From Chrysomallon squamiferum (Eukaryota; Animalia; Mollusca): a stretch of 64,000 nt of DNA. The DNA is taken from NCBI GenBank assembly GCA_012295275.1, contig CM022675.1:7626001-7690000 (forward strand). The letters run 5' to 3'. The first letter of the stretch is position 1; each line of letters opens with the position of its first letter. The notes beneath the pieces were generated by a model. It did no database searches. It saw only the letters and a list, made by a program, of their open reading frames with translations, and was not told the origin of the DNA. A program made the position numbers and the translations under genes. Shown in pieces: positions 19,918 to 56,421 of this stretch.

Positions 19918-19972
19918 TATTATTATTATATTATTATTCATTATTATTATTTTTATTTTATTACTGTTTGTA

Positions 19973-20019
<47 letters not shown>

Positions 20020-20373
20020 GCTATTGTTGTTGCTGCTGTTATTGTCATCATTATTATTACTATTATTATTTCTGTTATTACTGTTATTATTATTATAAAT
20101 ATTATTATTATTATTACCTTTATTATTAGTTATCACTATATGTTTGCTAGCCACATGCATCTCTGTATATACGTATCTGAGGTTTTTTTGTGTGTGTATA
20201 TGGATGTGTGTCTGTGTGTGTTTGTACGTATGTCTGTGCGTGTGTATATGTCTGTGTGTCTGTGAGTGTGAGTGTTTGTATATATATATGTATGTGTGTG
20301 TGTCTGTGTATATGTTTGTATGTTTGTATGTACGTTTATAAATAAATATGATCAAATTAATTTCGCAGGTTGA
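10268..20373 (+). CDS. Secreted Kringle + GON domain + 2x thrombospondin type 1 (TSP1) protein, ~427 aa
   Basis: Exons: 10268-10325 (signal peptide MIFRITCLSLLMQTSFAVM; donor gttcgt less certain); 11101-11370 (kringle CY..NYTG..CQEW..NYCRDPDG..PWCYT..C); 12279-12547, 14385-14555 and 16257-16398 (GON: SCADLK..DGNYVI..YCYGM..PTEFITL..FTKLRVD..DFTFA..CY..DTRGT..W..CIWDCGGCKP); 16681-16860 and 19597-19785 (TSP1: WAAWS..CSVTCGWG; WNNW..CSASCGVG..RKRKC); terminal 20369-20373 (G-stop). Phases are consistent. Confidence 0.85.
10778..11086. repeat. Short imperfect tandem repeat (~70-80 bp unit, 3-4 copies) in intron
   Basis: Recurring aagaatttcgcacagatggctctagatttca...cgtttcaatgaccatatcttaacgttacgccgtt. 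Confidence 0.7.
13245..14222. repeat. Intronic minisatellite, ~43-bp unit
   Basis: Unit ctggttactgttagtactaaggattgcagg followed by attaaagaaatac or ataaaaataataa; 43-bp period checked at 13441/13484. Confidence 0.95.
15885..16210. repeat. Degenerate (CATT)-rich tandem repeat
   Basis: Recurring cattcattcatttagtacattcgtcaatcgtt motif. Confidence 0.6.
17600..19368 (+). repeat. G-rich intronic minisatellite, ~23-bp unit (gagagagggttgtatagagggtt)
   Basis: About 1.77 kb of gagagagggtt and gtatagagggtt subunits. Source of the spurious 275-aa ORF. Confidence 0.95.
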
Positions 20374-20697
20374 TTTTGAGAAGAAAAGAGAATCTTGACG
20401 GAGTCAGCTTTTTCTAAAAAGTGAAACTTCGTGAGAGTGAAGATTTCGATGTCGTTTTTTTTTTTTTGAAAAACAGGAGATTCGATGTCTGTATTAACAC
20501 GTAAATTAAAGTTACCGTGAAATTAATCATTTGTTTCTTATACTTCTGTTCATTTGTTGATTTGTAACAACAGAAACGCACAGTATGTTTGTATGTGTGT
20601 CTGCATGTACGTGTGTATGTGTGTGTGTGTGTGTGTGTATATGACTCTGAGTGATTAAGTATGTATCTTTGTATACATATGTGTGCCTAGCGTTTAA

Positions 20698-20799
<102 letters not shown>

Positions 20800-21833
20800 T
20801 CGAAACTCTTAATAATGTTTAAATAACCTAAATCAGTGATCTCACATTTTAACAAAAACAAACCCCAACAAATCATATCTTTTTGCACTAATTAAATGTT
20901 GAAATTTCGTACAATTCACATAGTTAGTTGTTTTTCCAGAATTTTCTCGAATTTTTGGGCGCCATCGCTATGTAATCATCTTTGGGATTAATTATATTGC
21001 TATTTTTGTTTTTGTTGAAATATGTTAACAAATTTGTCGAGATTTTAACATTTGTTATGATGAGAGTTTCCGCAGTGATAATATATAACAAAAATTCAGT
21101 TGAAATGTGTATAACTTTTCTTGCATGATGGTTATTTTATGTTAATTTAGAAACTGTGGTCTTTGAATAAAACTATTTAGTAATTTAGCCTTACTTAATT
21201 TTTCATGAAACAGCCCGGTTTAAAATATGTATTGGAAAACGTCACTAACTAGAATCACCCTGATTTGTTTTATGTTGTTGTTGTTGTTGTTATTGTCGAT
21301 GTTGTTGTTGTTTCTTATTTTAATAAAAGCTAGAACACCAGATCTGTTTTCGATAGCAAATTCTAAACATTGGTTTTGCAATCATTATTTAAAAAATTTA
21401 AAATAACCTTGTTAGTTTCACGAAAAGTTGATATAGCAAATGTTTTTCTTTCATGACGGAATGATAACGAAGACGATGACGTCATTACGTCCTTACGATT
21501 CATTCTCTCTTTTTTTTGAAAAAGAAGAGAGGAGATATTTAAAATACTGTTAAAAAAGCACGACGAAAAAACAAATAAACAAACAAAAAAAAAAAAAACA
21601 AGAAAAGAAAAGGAAAGATAAAAAAAAAAAAAGAAGAAAAAAAAAAATAGAAGAAGAAAAAAAAAAAAGAAGAAAAAAAGAAAAAAGAAGAAGAAAAAGA
21701 AGAAAAAGAAAAGAAAGGAAAACTAAAGAAAAAAGAAAGAAAGAAAATAATGGAACTGGTTACAATAATAGCAACAGAACTGTTTTAAGTTTTATTGTTT
21801 TAACAGAAATGTTTTATCTTGATCATTAAGTTT

Positions 21834-21888
<55 letters not shown>

Positions 21889-21891
21889 TTA

Positions 21892-21957
<66 letters not shown>

Positions 21958-22114
21958 TTTAACTACCTTTTACTAATGGATGAATGTAATGAATTTCTTC
22001 TGAAGATTTTATGACAAAATTACTAAAACAAAAAATCAACAAACCTGTTTATTAAAATTCAGAAAAACAAAATGAAATATATTAAATAAACAACCTAATG
22101 TACATTGTTAAAAT

Positions 22115-23469
22115 TTGTAATGTACAGGTAAATTATTAAATAGCAGGTTTGTAATGTACAGGTAAATTATTAAATAGCACGTTTGTAATGTACAGGTAAA
22201 TTATTAAATAGCATGCTTGTAATGTACAGGTAAATTATTAAATAGCACAGTTGTAATGTACAGGTAAATTATTAAATAGCACGTTTGTAATTTACAGGTA
22301 AATTATTAAATAGCAAGTTTGTAATGTACAGGAAAATTATTAAATAGCACCTTTGTAATTTACAGGTAAATTATTAAATAGAACGTTTGTGATGTACAGG
22401 AAAATTATTAAGTAGCACAGTTGTAATGTACAGGTAAATTATTAAATAGCACGTTTGTAATGTACAGATACATTATTAAATAGAACGTTTGTAATGTACA
22501 GGTAAATTATTAAATAGCACAGTTGTAATGTACAGGTAAATTATTAAATAGCACGTTTGTAATGTACAGATACATTATTAAATAGAACGTTTGTAATGTA
22601 CAGGTAAATTATTAAATAGCACAGTTGTAATGTACAGGTAAATTATTAAATAGCACGTTTGTAATGTACAGGTAAATTATTAAATAGAACGTTTGTAATG
22701 TACAGGTAAATTATTAAATAGAACGTTTGTAATGTACAGGTAAATTATTAAATAGCACAGTTGTAATGCACAGATACATTATTAAATAGAACGTTTGTAA
22801 TGTACAGATACATTATTAAATAGCACAGTTGTAATGTACAGATACATTATTAAATAGCACAGTTGTAATGTACAGGTAAATTATTAAATAGCACGTTTGT
22901 AATGTACAGGTAAATTATTAAATAGAACGTTTCTAATGTACAGATACATTATTAAATAGCACGTTTGTAATGTACAGGTAAATTATTAAATAGCACAGTT
23001 GTAATGTACAGGTAAATTATTAAATAGCACGTTTGTAATGTACAGGTAAATTATTAAATAGCACGTTTGTAATGTACAGATACATTATTAAATAGCACAG
23101 TTGTAATGTACAGGTAAATTATTAAATAGCACGTTTGTAATGTACAGGTAAATTATTAAATAGCACAGTTGTAATGTACAGGTAAATTATTAAATAGCAC
23201 GTTTGTAATGTACAGGTAAATTATTAAATAGAACGTTTGTAATGTACAGGAAAATTATTAAATAGCAGGTTTGTAATGTACAGATACATTATTAAATAGC
23301 ACAGTTGTAATGTACAGATACATTATTAAATAGCACGTTTGTAATGTACAGATACATTATTAAATAGCACGTTTGTAATGTACAGATACATTATTAAGTA
23401 GCACAGTTGTAATGTACAGATACATTATTAAATAGCACGTTTGTAATGTACAGATACATTATTAAATAA
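22115..23469. repeat. Minisatellite, 34-bp unit (~40 copies), directly downstream of the TSP1x4 receptor stop codon
   Basis: Unit tgtaatgtacaggtaaattattaaatagcacgtt; 34-bp period checked at 22141/22175. Confidence 0.95.
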
Positions 23470-23511
23470 CGCCATTTCTTGATTTCTTTGGATTTTTTTT
23501 CTGTCTGTCTG

Positions 23512-28970
<5,459 letters not shown>

Positions 28971-29100
28971 CGTTTCGTCAGACCTGAATTAAATCAGTAA
29001 ATAAACATAATTAAGTGAACGGGAGAGTAAGAATTCTGTGTAATGTTTATACATTTTATCGAAAAAAAAATGTATTTTCACTGTAATAAAATATCGATCC

Positions 29101-29172
<72 letters not shown>

Positions 29173-29184
29173 ATATCAGAAATA

Positions 29185-29685
29185 CAGTGGTACCTCGACT
29201 TACGAGTGCCCCAACTTACGAGCCATTCGAGTTACGACCAGTCGCCCGGTCGATTTTTTTTTGCTTTGAGTTGCGAGTTACGAGCGAGCTTCAGATTCGC
29301 CGCCGCTGGTTAGCACAACACCACATCCAATCAGCATCCCGCGACTCACTCGTTTACGTCACGTGGTTACCTCGCCGCGGAAGCATCTCTGTTGTGTTGT
29401 GCTCTCGTTTTGTGCAGTATTTTGCCCAATATTTTTTTCTGGCCATGGTTCCTCAGAAAGTGAGTTCAAAGGACAGTGCTGAGAAGAAGAAGCGGATGAT
29501 GTCCTTTGAATTAAATCTTGAGAATTTATAGAAAAACATGAATGAGGTGTGCATGTAGTCGACTTGGCTAGGCAGTACGAGCGGTGTACGTGTCTACGAT
29601 ATGTACCATACTGAAGCTGAAGGAGTCAATAAAGGCTGTAACTCCAACCAAAGGCGTTAAAATATTTTTTTTCTCTTAAAAACAC

Positions 29686-29722
<37 letters not shown>

Positions 29723-29855
29723 CTTTTTGGGGGCCTGGAAGAGATTACTGGTATTTCAATTAATTTCAGTTGGGAAAACTGATTTGACATACGACCAAAT
29801 TGAGATACGAACTCGGTCACGGAACGAATTAAACTCGTAAGTCAAGGTACCAATG
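29185..29855 (+). mobile_element. Internally deleted pogo/Tigger (Tc1-mariner superfamily) DNA transposon
   Basis: 23-bp TIRs cagtggtacctcgacttacgagt (29185) and actcgtaagtcaaggtaccaatg (ends 29855; 2 mismatches), with TA on the left. Degenerate CENP-B-type HTH N-terminus from 29445: MVPQKVSSKDSAEKKKRMMSFEL..EKHE*GVHVVDLARQYER..STICTILKLKESIK. Confidence 0.85.
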
Positions 29856-29934
29856 AAGGTATAATAATAATAATAATAATAATAGTAATAATAATAACAA
29901 CAACAACAATAACAGACGTAAAAGCGTTGATGTA

Positions 29935-29965
<31 letters not shown>

Positions 29966-30119
29966 GTGTTTAAGTGTATTCATTTCTTGTTATATTTTAT
30001 TATTAATAAAGATTACGCGGTACGAAACAAACATTACTTTAAAAATGAAAAATCAATTCAGGCAATTTCTTTTAATCACGAAATGTTTACTCTATACTTA
30101 ATTACATAAGACAGGAATA

Positions 30120-30166
<47 letters not shown>

Positions 30167-31479
30167 ATATATATATATATAAAGAGAGAGAGAAAATAAT
30201 GAAGTAATTTGAAACTGACTGTAGGGATGAAGTGTTGTCTCCCCTGATCTAAAAAAAAAAAGAGGAAAAAACAAAACAAACAAACAAAAAAACTATATTG
30301 AGATGATTTTGTTTTTACGTTCGAAGTTGGAAGGTGTTGGTTGGAGCTTGATGTATTTTACACCTTCATACATGTCATCAAGTACGTTAGTGAAATGTAT
30401 AGTTAAATTAAAAGTCGGAATATATTTTGTTTTATATAATAATATAACAAAATGTATTCCAACTTTTAATTTAACTCTAATTTTATGTCATCGCCAATTA
30501 TTATTAGTTAAGTTTAGTTGGTAATATTAACAACTTCATTGTTTCTTAATTCTGTGACATTATTAATAATTATTGTTTTAATGAATCTTATATGTATTTT
30601 AGTTATTATTTTCCACTTTTATTGCTAGTAATTATGAATAGTAATTAAAATAATCTGGTGATAATAAACAAATAAATACCTAAAAGTAACCAAATCTGAA
30701 AAGAACGTACTTGTAATATGCAAATCAATCGTTGTCGTTGTCGTCGTTGTGTTTACATGAATCCAAGGACGAAAATTATCAAGATTAGCTAACATTTTAC
30801 AATTTTTGTTAGTATATGTAGACACTGACGTCATATATAATTTTTTTCTTCACATTTCTGACGTAATATCAGCTGATTCAGTTCATTTCTTTAAAAGCTC
30901 GTGAGCATGCGCATCCCAATGACGTCACATTTGTTCACAAATATCGGTAACTCATAAATTACTTCTATTATTTGTTTTATTTTTTTATTTTAGAGAAAGC
31001 ACGAAGTCTGCTTTCTTTCTTTTTTTTCCATCTTTTCTTTCATTCTTCCTTAACTTCTTTCTTTCTTTTATTTTATTTTTCAAATATAATAATAATAATA
31101 ATAATATAATCCATTAAATAAATAAATAATAACAACAACAGCTCATAGTAAGGCATAAAAGAAACTCTTAATAAGGCAAAGTATTAAATTCTCAAACAAA
31201 ATAAGAAACAGGACTGAAACATACTGTTACACACTGACAGCAAATGCGTCATCAACAACATTTATCTCATCACAAACACATGAAGGTAAAAAAAACCAAC
31301 AACAACAAAAAAAACGTCATGGAGAAAAGATTTGGTTCAGATCCGTCTTATGAACAAAATCTGGAAGTCATATACGTCATTAAGGACAAGTGAAGGTCAA
31401 ACACGTCTGCAAATACAGACAGACATCATTAACTAGAGATAACACACATCATATTCGTCATGAAAAAAACCCCCAAAAC

Positions 31480-31632
31480 ATGGAGGTGAAACCCGTCATT
31501 AAAGAAAAAAAAATAAAAGAAGAAAAAAAGGTCAAATCGGTTATTTAAAAGTATGGAGGTCAAATCCGTCATTTTAAAATCACGGAGGTCAAATATGTCA
31601 TTAAAACACGGAGGTCAAATCCGTCATTACGA
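31480..31632. repeat. Short degenerate tandem repeat (ggaggtcaaatccgtcatt core)
   Basis: About 5 copies of ggaggtcaaa(t/a)(c/a)cgtcatt separated by A-rich linkers. Confidence 0.6.
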
Positions 31633-31868
31633 AATTAAAGAGCTCATGCCCGTCATCAGCAAAGCTTGGAGGCCATTAACAAGCTAACGATATCACGTAT
31701 GTCATTAAGACAACACGGACAAGAATACTGAAAACGCCACTTAAAATAATGCAATAATAACACAGTTTGGTTTATTTTAATTACATTTTTTTTTTGTGAT
31801 AATACAGTTTTATTCAGAAATAAATATGTAAAAGAAAACATTCTAAAAGATTTTTTTTTTTTTTTAAA

Positions 31869-31929
<61 letters not shown>

Positions 31930-32148
31930 GTAGACGTTGCTGATGATCTGCAATGTTCAATCAGTACCATCGTTGATCGATGTCGTCGCCTTCAAAAGCG
32001 GCGTTGTCGTAAAACATTATCTCTCTGTTGTTTCTCTCGCTAGATGTCGCTTTCTTCTCAAACGTCAAATCTGTGACGTCAACACTTTTACTCCGACGGT
32101 CTCTTCTGTTATTATAATTATTATCATTATCATCATCATCATATTCGT

Positions 32149-32193
<45 letters not shown>

Positions 32194-32615
32194 TATTATT
32201 ATTATTATTAGAAGTATCATTCTTGTTGTTGTTATCATCATCATTATCATTAACATAAATATCCTCATCTTCATTAGTATTAATATTAACATCATCATTA
32301 TTATCTATTTTTTATTATTATTATTATCATCATCATCATCATCATCATCATGTTATAATTATTAATTAAAAAAAATGAAGTAAAATGTTATGCAATTAAT
32401 ACATAACTAACATAGCTTCTTATTTATTCATTTTGTTTAGTATGATGTACTAATCTTTAATTTAAGGCTTTGAATATTTAATCAGTGTTATTGTGTTGAA
32501 ACGACATGTTTTAAGTGAAAATTGTAAAATTTTTTGTTAATTTTTATTAGGTTTCGAAACTTAAACAAATAAACATAAACATCAAAATTAACAACAAGCA
32601 CAACGAAAAAAAAAA

Positions 32616-32646
<31 letters not shown>

Positions 32647-33459
32647 TAATAAGAAAAGAAAAAGATAATAGAATAAATAAGAAATTAAAAAAATTAAGTA
32701 ACTAAGTAAGTAATCAAACAAACAAACAAACAAACAAAGGATTCATAAAAAAAAATAAATAAATGTTAAATATCCAAAAGTAAAGAAAAACAAACAACAA
32801 CAACAACAAAAAAAATCCACAAAAACAAAACCGAAAAAAAAAAAACAACAACAAATGAAATACTCAACAAAGCCCCCAAAACAACAACAACTATAAAGTA
32901 AAACAAAACGAAAATAAATAATAATAGAAATAGATAAAAAGTTATAGGAATAACAAACAGAGAAAGTAACGATAAGAATAAACAAATATAAATAACAAAG
33001 TAACAAAATAAAACTAAATAAGTTTGTGTGTTACCTTCGTTTGAGATAAATGATTGCACAAATGTTAAGAAAACAGGCATAGCCTATTGCCATACCTCCA
33101 AAAACACTAGCCTCTGCAAAAAAAAAAAAAATAATAATAATAATTACAATATTTATATACAAACCAACGTACATACTTACATACTAACATCAATACACAC
33201 AGACACACATACGAACATATACACAGATATACTTACACACATACATCGATTACATACATACATACGTACGTATTAGTACTATTTAAACATACCCGTACTT
33301 ATCAATTCTGTTAAAAAAGACACATGCACGTGCATAGATATCCACACTCTAACCCTCTCTGGAATGAATACGCACATACACACATCGAGACGTACATTTA
33401 ATACATTCATTCTTCTTGTTTTTTTCTTTCTCTTTCATTATTGATACGATTTATTTATT

Positions 33460-34012
33460 TATTTGTTTGATCGTTTGTTTGTTTGTTTGTTTGTTTATTT
33501 GTTTGTTTGTCTGTTTGTTTGTTTGTTTGTTTGTTTGTTTATTTGTCTGTTTGTTTATTTGTCTGTTTGTTTGTTTATTTGTCTGTTTGTTTGTTTGTCT
33601 GATTGTCTGTTTGTTTATTTGTCTGTTTGTTTTATTTGTTTATTTGTTGGTTTATTTGTTTTTTTTTTTTGTTTGGTTGTCTGTTTGTTTGTTTGTTTGT
33701 CTGTTTGTTTATTTGTTTGTTCGTTTATTTGTCTGTTTGTTTGTTTGTTTGTCTGTCTGTTTGTTTGTTTGTTTGTCTGTTTGTTTGTTTGTTTGTTTAT
33801 TTGTCTGTCTGTTTGTTTGTTTGTTTGTTTGTTTGTTTTTATTTGTTTGTTTGTTGGTTTATTTGTTGTTTTGTTTTTTTGTTTGTTTGTTTGTTTGTTT
33901 GTCTGTTTTGTTTTTGTTTGTTTGTTTGTTTGTTTGTTTGTTTATTTGTTGTTTGTTTGTTTGTTTGTTTGTTTGTTTGTTTGTCTGTTTGTCTGTCTAA
34001 TGTTTGTTTGTT
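33460..34012. repeat. (TTTG)n degenerate microsatellite block
   Basis: About 550 bp of ttgt/ttat/ctgt tetramers; source of the VCLF-repeat ORFs. Confidence 0.9.
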
Positions 34013-34173
34013 TTAATATACCAGTAAGGACAGGCTTCGACGAGTGGCGAGCAACGTATGCTGTCGCTTCAAATACACAAGTAATAGTAATACAAGTAAT
34101 AGTAATAGTAGTAATAGTAATAGTAATAATAATAATAGTAATAATAGTAGTAGTAGTAGTAATAGTAATAAAA

Positions 34174-34204
<31 letters not shown>

Positions 34205-35138
34205 TGATAATGTAGTAGTAGTAATAGTAATAATAATAATAATAGTAATAATAATAATAATAATGATAATAATAATAATAATAATGATACTAATAGTAAT
34301 AATAATAATTGTAATAATAATAATAGCAGTAATAATAATAATAAGAGTAATATCAACAGTAATAGTAATAATAATAATAGTAATAGTAATAATAATGATG
34401 ATAATAATAATAATAATAATAATAATGATGATGATGATAATGATAATAATAGTAATAATAATAATGATAATAATAATAATGATAATAATAATAGTAATAA
34501 TAATTATAGTAATTATAATAATAATAATAAAAGTAATAATAATAGTAATAGTAATAATAATAATAAAAGTAATAATAATAGTAATTGTAATAATAATAAT
34601 AAGAATAAGAATAATATAATAATAATAATGAGGTGATCATTTTTTTTTTTAAATAGTACTGACCGCGACATGACACGTTTTTCCCACACAGCTCTGTGTA
34701 TCTAGATATGCGTCTTCCACGACAACCTTTACCGCTGTACAAAGGAAAAGGACGGTCACAACGTCGTGCCGTAACTACGGTGGCAATTCCGACGCCGCAG
34801 GTGACGCTGCACCTCTTTCTTCTTGCGATTCTCCAGCTGCCCCACCCCCCGTCAACTAAAAAAAAAAAAAAAAAAAAAAAATTAAAAGTTATGACGTCTG
34901 TCTGTCAGTGTGTATGTATGTTAGTTTATGTGTTTGTTTGTGTTTAAACATTTTTTTTGTGTGTGGAAACGTATAGAATGTCGGCGAGTTTGATGAGAGA
35001 AATAGAGTGTGAGAGGAGAGAGAGTCTTTGATGTCCTTAGTCGATATTTAAAAAAATAAAAAAAAATAATAATAAAATAATAAAATAATAATGATGATTA
35101 TAACAATAACAATAACAGTAGTAGTAGTAGTAGTAGTA

Positions 35139-35199
<61 letters not shown>

Positions 35200-35266
35200 T
35201 AATAATAACAATACCTCCTGCGCAAGAAATATTTTTCTGACAAATGATGAACTCTGATTTGACGCC

Positions 35267-44202
<8,936 letters not shown>

Positions 44203-44329
44203 GGCTTAGTCCCATTTCGTAGAAAGGCTAAATGTGGTTCAGTAGTCTTATTGACATGCTTGGTTTTACCTCAGTCATTTTAATGAACTGCTCCAGATTA
44301 TTTGGAAAGCGATTATTATTGTATAAATA

Positions 44330-44990
44330 CAGTAACATCTCGCTTAACGATACCACGCTTTAACAATCTTTCTTCTTTACAAATTATATAAATAGAAATT
44401 TAATTTAATAGTTAATTGCTCGAAATAAATGATACAAATGTATACAGTGCATGTTTTTAAGTCCTTTTTCTTTAATTTTTCGTTCATTCACGAGCTTCTC
44501 TCAGTTGTGTTGATCAGTTGACACGTCATATGTGCATCTGATATTCTGATTCTCTTTTGTCTTCTGCTTCGATTTAGACTTAAACTTGTTTGTAATTTAC
44601 CCTTCCAATATGTCAAAACGAATAACAGTATACCGGCAAATGCTGATGATAAAAGAAACGGAAGATAATAACTTTAGAAATAAAATACATTATCTTAAAT
44701 GAAACCAAAACCCACAATGAGCGGCATATTCTTATTTCTTAATGTATTTGTATAAATTGATTTGTAAATGATTTACTGTTTATTTAATATCTACAATCTA
44801 TTAAATCATTTATGTCTAAACTGCCGTTTTATTTCTCCTTATTTCACCTTTTTTTTTTATGTCAGATCTCATCAGCGAGAAAGTAACCACTGCTTTTAAC
44901 CTTAATTCTATGTAAATTAGTCTCCCGGTTACCTCACTTAATTATTGGAAGTTTTGGAACCAATTACATCTTTAATCTGAGGTATTATTG
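44330..44990 (+). mobile_element. Degenerate pogo/Tigger-like element in the spacer of the inverted duplication
   Basis: ta-cagtaacatctcgcttaacg start and a degenerate inverted end taatctgaggtattattg-ta. Decayed KRKIITLEIK-like pogo N-terminus near 44655-44690. Confidence 0.4.
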
Positions 44991-45796
44991 TAATATTATC
45001 GCATAAAGTATGCAAATATGACAAATATCGAAATAATCTATGTATCGAATATAGTGAATGTAAATAATTAAAAAAGAAGGTATTTATCTAAAAGTATTCC
45101 CAATGATTTGGTCCTTCGTATAAACTTTTTCAGTCATAGCCAAAGTATTTGCAGGTCATAATATCTTTAGTGTACACACTATTAATATACTATGTCACAT
45201 ATATTGTATAATATGTGCACAATCTGAATATGTATGTGTGCATAATGTAAATATGATCAGTAGCAGATATCTTGTACATGTTTAAGCTGAATACGGTTGA
45301 ATTCGAAAAGTTAATGATAAATGTAACGTTCTAATACTCTATTTACTGAATATAAGTAAATTACTCATATGTAAAATATGTTTTGTTAAAAATTATATTT
45401 GCTGAATTAGTTATTTATAATATTTTTGTCGTATTCTCTTACAGAAGCAAGCCATTTTTCTTTTCTTTCATTCTTTTTTCGTTTTGTATTTTAATAGATA
45501 GATGAAATTGATGTAAAATTGTTTATTATTGGTTGCTTGTTTTGTAACGGAAATGAAATGTTTATGAATTAGAAATGACCAGTTTAAAAAATAATAATAA
45601 TAATAGTAATAATAGATGTTGATGTTACATAATCGATTTAGGAACAATGCGCTCCCCCTCTGAATGTTAGAAAGAAACCAGATGTATGCACAGGCCAAGT
45701 TCATTATATACAGAGGTAATCAGGTATTGCAGTAAACCAGGTTTTTCTACGAAATGGGAATTATACAAACTGGGAATTTACCAAATGGGAAGACAC

Positions 45797-46124
45797 CGTC
45801 CACGAGTGATAGGAGTGAAAATGCTTCATCAGTTTGCACTGCTTATCTGTCACTTCGGAAAATGTCCAGAAGTCAGATGCCGCCATCTTTGTTTATTCCC
45901 AGCTGGGTGTTGTATACGTCTGTTTTTTACGCACGCGCCACGCGCCTGTCCAGTCTCGCGCATGTCCATTTCACCTTCGACTCGTAAAAGCGCCAGACGT
46001 CGCGTTAGTAAATTTCGCTGTTTCTGGCAGGTTTTATCTGCACACTGTTTAAACCAGATGACCGCCGGTCAGTTGAAACAAAACGTCCGAAGTCCACGTT
46101 TTATGGTTATATTAAATGCACGTG
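45797..46124 (+). mobile_element. ~330-bp non-coding repeat element (probable DNA transposon end), copy 1
   Basis: Inverted, highly similar copy at 54537-54868 (gtccacgagtgataggagtgaaaatgcttcatcag...aaacgtccgaagtccacg). GC-richer than its flanks. Family not identified. Confidence 0.7.
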
Positions 46125-46241
46125 GCTACCCTGTTACGTAAAGTTATTGTGACTTGTCGGTTGCCATGATAACGTACGAATAAATTACGTATAAATAAGT
46201 TATAAGTACATAGTATTTATATAATTGTAATTGTTTAATAA

Positions 46242-46297
<56 letters not shown>

Positions 46298-46384
46298 GTA
46301 TGTGTTTGTATATAAAGTTTTATTGTTTATTTTATTTCATTGTTTCTCTATTTTTATTTATTTTTATTTTTTATTATGCATATA

Positions 46385-54536
<8,152 letters not shown>

Positions 54537-54550
<14 letters not shown>

Positions 54551-54868
54551 TACACCATAACACGTGGACTTCGGACGTTTTGTTTCAACTGACCGGCGGT
54601 CATCTGGTTTAAACAGTGTGCAGATAAAACCTGCCAGAAACAGCGAAATTTACTAACGCGACGTCTGGCGCTTTTACGAGTCGAAGGTGAAATGGACATG
54701 CGCGAGACTAGACAGGCGCGTGGCGCGTGCGTAAAAAACCCCAGACGTATACAACACCCAGCTGGGTATAAACAAAGATGGCGGCACCTGACTTCTGGAC
54801 ATTTTCCGAAGTGACAGATAAGCAGTGCAAACTGATGAAGCATTTTCACTCCTATCGCTAGTGGACAG
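54537..54868 (-). mobile_element. ~330-bp repeat element, copy 2 (inverted relative to 45797-46124)
   Basis: Reverse complement matches copy 1; the spurious ORFs 45686-46141(+) and 54547-54849(-) translate almost identically. Sits at the duplication breakpoint. Confidence 0.75.
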
Positions 54869-55085
54869 TTTAATGATAATAATAATAATAATAATAATTA
54901 AAATAGGAATGTTTGTACAGGTGAATAGTTTTAGAAGAAGAAGCAGTGAGAAATAATACTTATAAATATTGAGTTATAAATTTTTAAAGTATGTATGTAT
55001 GTATGTATGTATGTATATTTGTATGTATGTATGTATGTATGTATGTGTTTACGAACGTATCTTTATACGTGTCTGAATGATAGTG

Positions 55086-55203
<118 letters not shown>

Positions 55204-55802
55204 ATCAACCATCGTTTTGAAAGTTCTTTCAACTCTGGTGACGCGACAGAACTCGTTGCTGGGTTTTCAGAGCTGGCACTGTGTTCAGCTGTGTGACCAG
55301 TGGGTGGAACTGTTTACGTTTCTCCCCAAGACAGTAACAGAGCTTGTCACATTTATCTTCAGTGATTACAAAAGTAAACATTATCTCTTCTTGAGCTTTC
55401 CGAACCGCACTCAGCTGACTGGAGCCAAAATAAAAAAAAAATAAAAAAAATAAAAAAATAAAATGACCGTCTTGTTTTTCATAGGTTAGAAAGAAGAAGA
55501 AAAAAGGAAGAAACGATGACAGAAAATAGTCAGGGCAGCTGATTTTGTATATCGGTTTCATTAGCGTGTAGTTTTGTTTTACTTAGGTTGAGATTATTTG
55601 TTTGTGTTGTGTGTGTGTGTGTGTGTGAAGACGGAGAGACAGAGACAATGACGAACCGACAGTTTCAAAACGAGAGACAGTGGGATTATATAAAGATACT
55701 CAGTAAAACAGATACAGAGAGAGAAAGAATAAAATGTGTAAGAGACAGCTATAATATATACATACACTGAAAGAAAGACAGACTGTTTTATATATATATA
55801 TA

Positions 55803-55871
<69 letters not shown>

Positions 55872-56338
55872 ATGAGCTAAGTCTAAGAGAAAAAACGATA
55901 CAGACAAACACAAGAATTTTATTAAACGCTTACATAACTAACGACTGTTTTTGACCAGTTACACACAGTTATTGTTTTCACTTTTTCACAAACTCACTAA
56001 CGTCGCAGAATATTTTACTTTTTCTTACGCAACTTGGACCCGGTGTTTACTCAAGTGCAAACATACACTTGGCCAAGAATGTGTTATGGAGCAAGGTGGA
56101 GGATTTGACAGAAATGATGGCGGAGAGATCCTAAAACATTTATCACCATCAATTTTTTTTTTCTTTTTTTTTTGACTTACGACAACAACAACAGGTAGAG
56201 TCGTTATTTCTAAAGTCGTCAAGTGCCAGATGTATGACGCTGCATGTGTAATCGGGAATTAAGTTGCAATAGTTACTGAGAAACAAACAATGAAAACAGC
56301 GTCTTAACTTGGATATTTTAAATCTAATACACACCCAC

Positions 56339-56421
<83 letters not shown>

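Noticed and set aside
45686-46141. 151-aa ORF (and its 100-aa inverted twin at 54547-54849) as a protein gene or transposase
   Set aside because: No recognisable domain or splice context; the similarity simply reflects the duplicated non-coding element.
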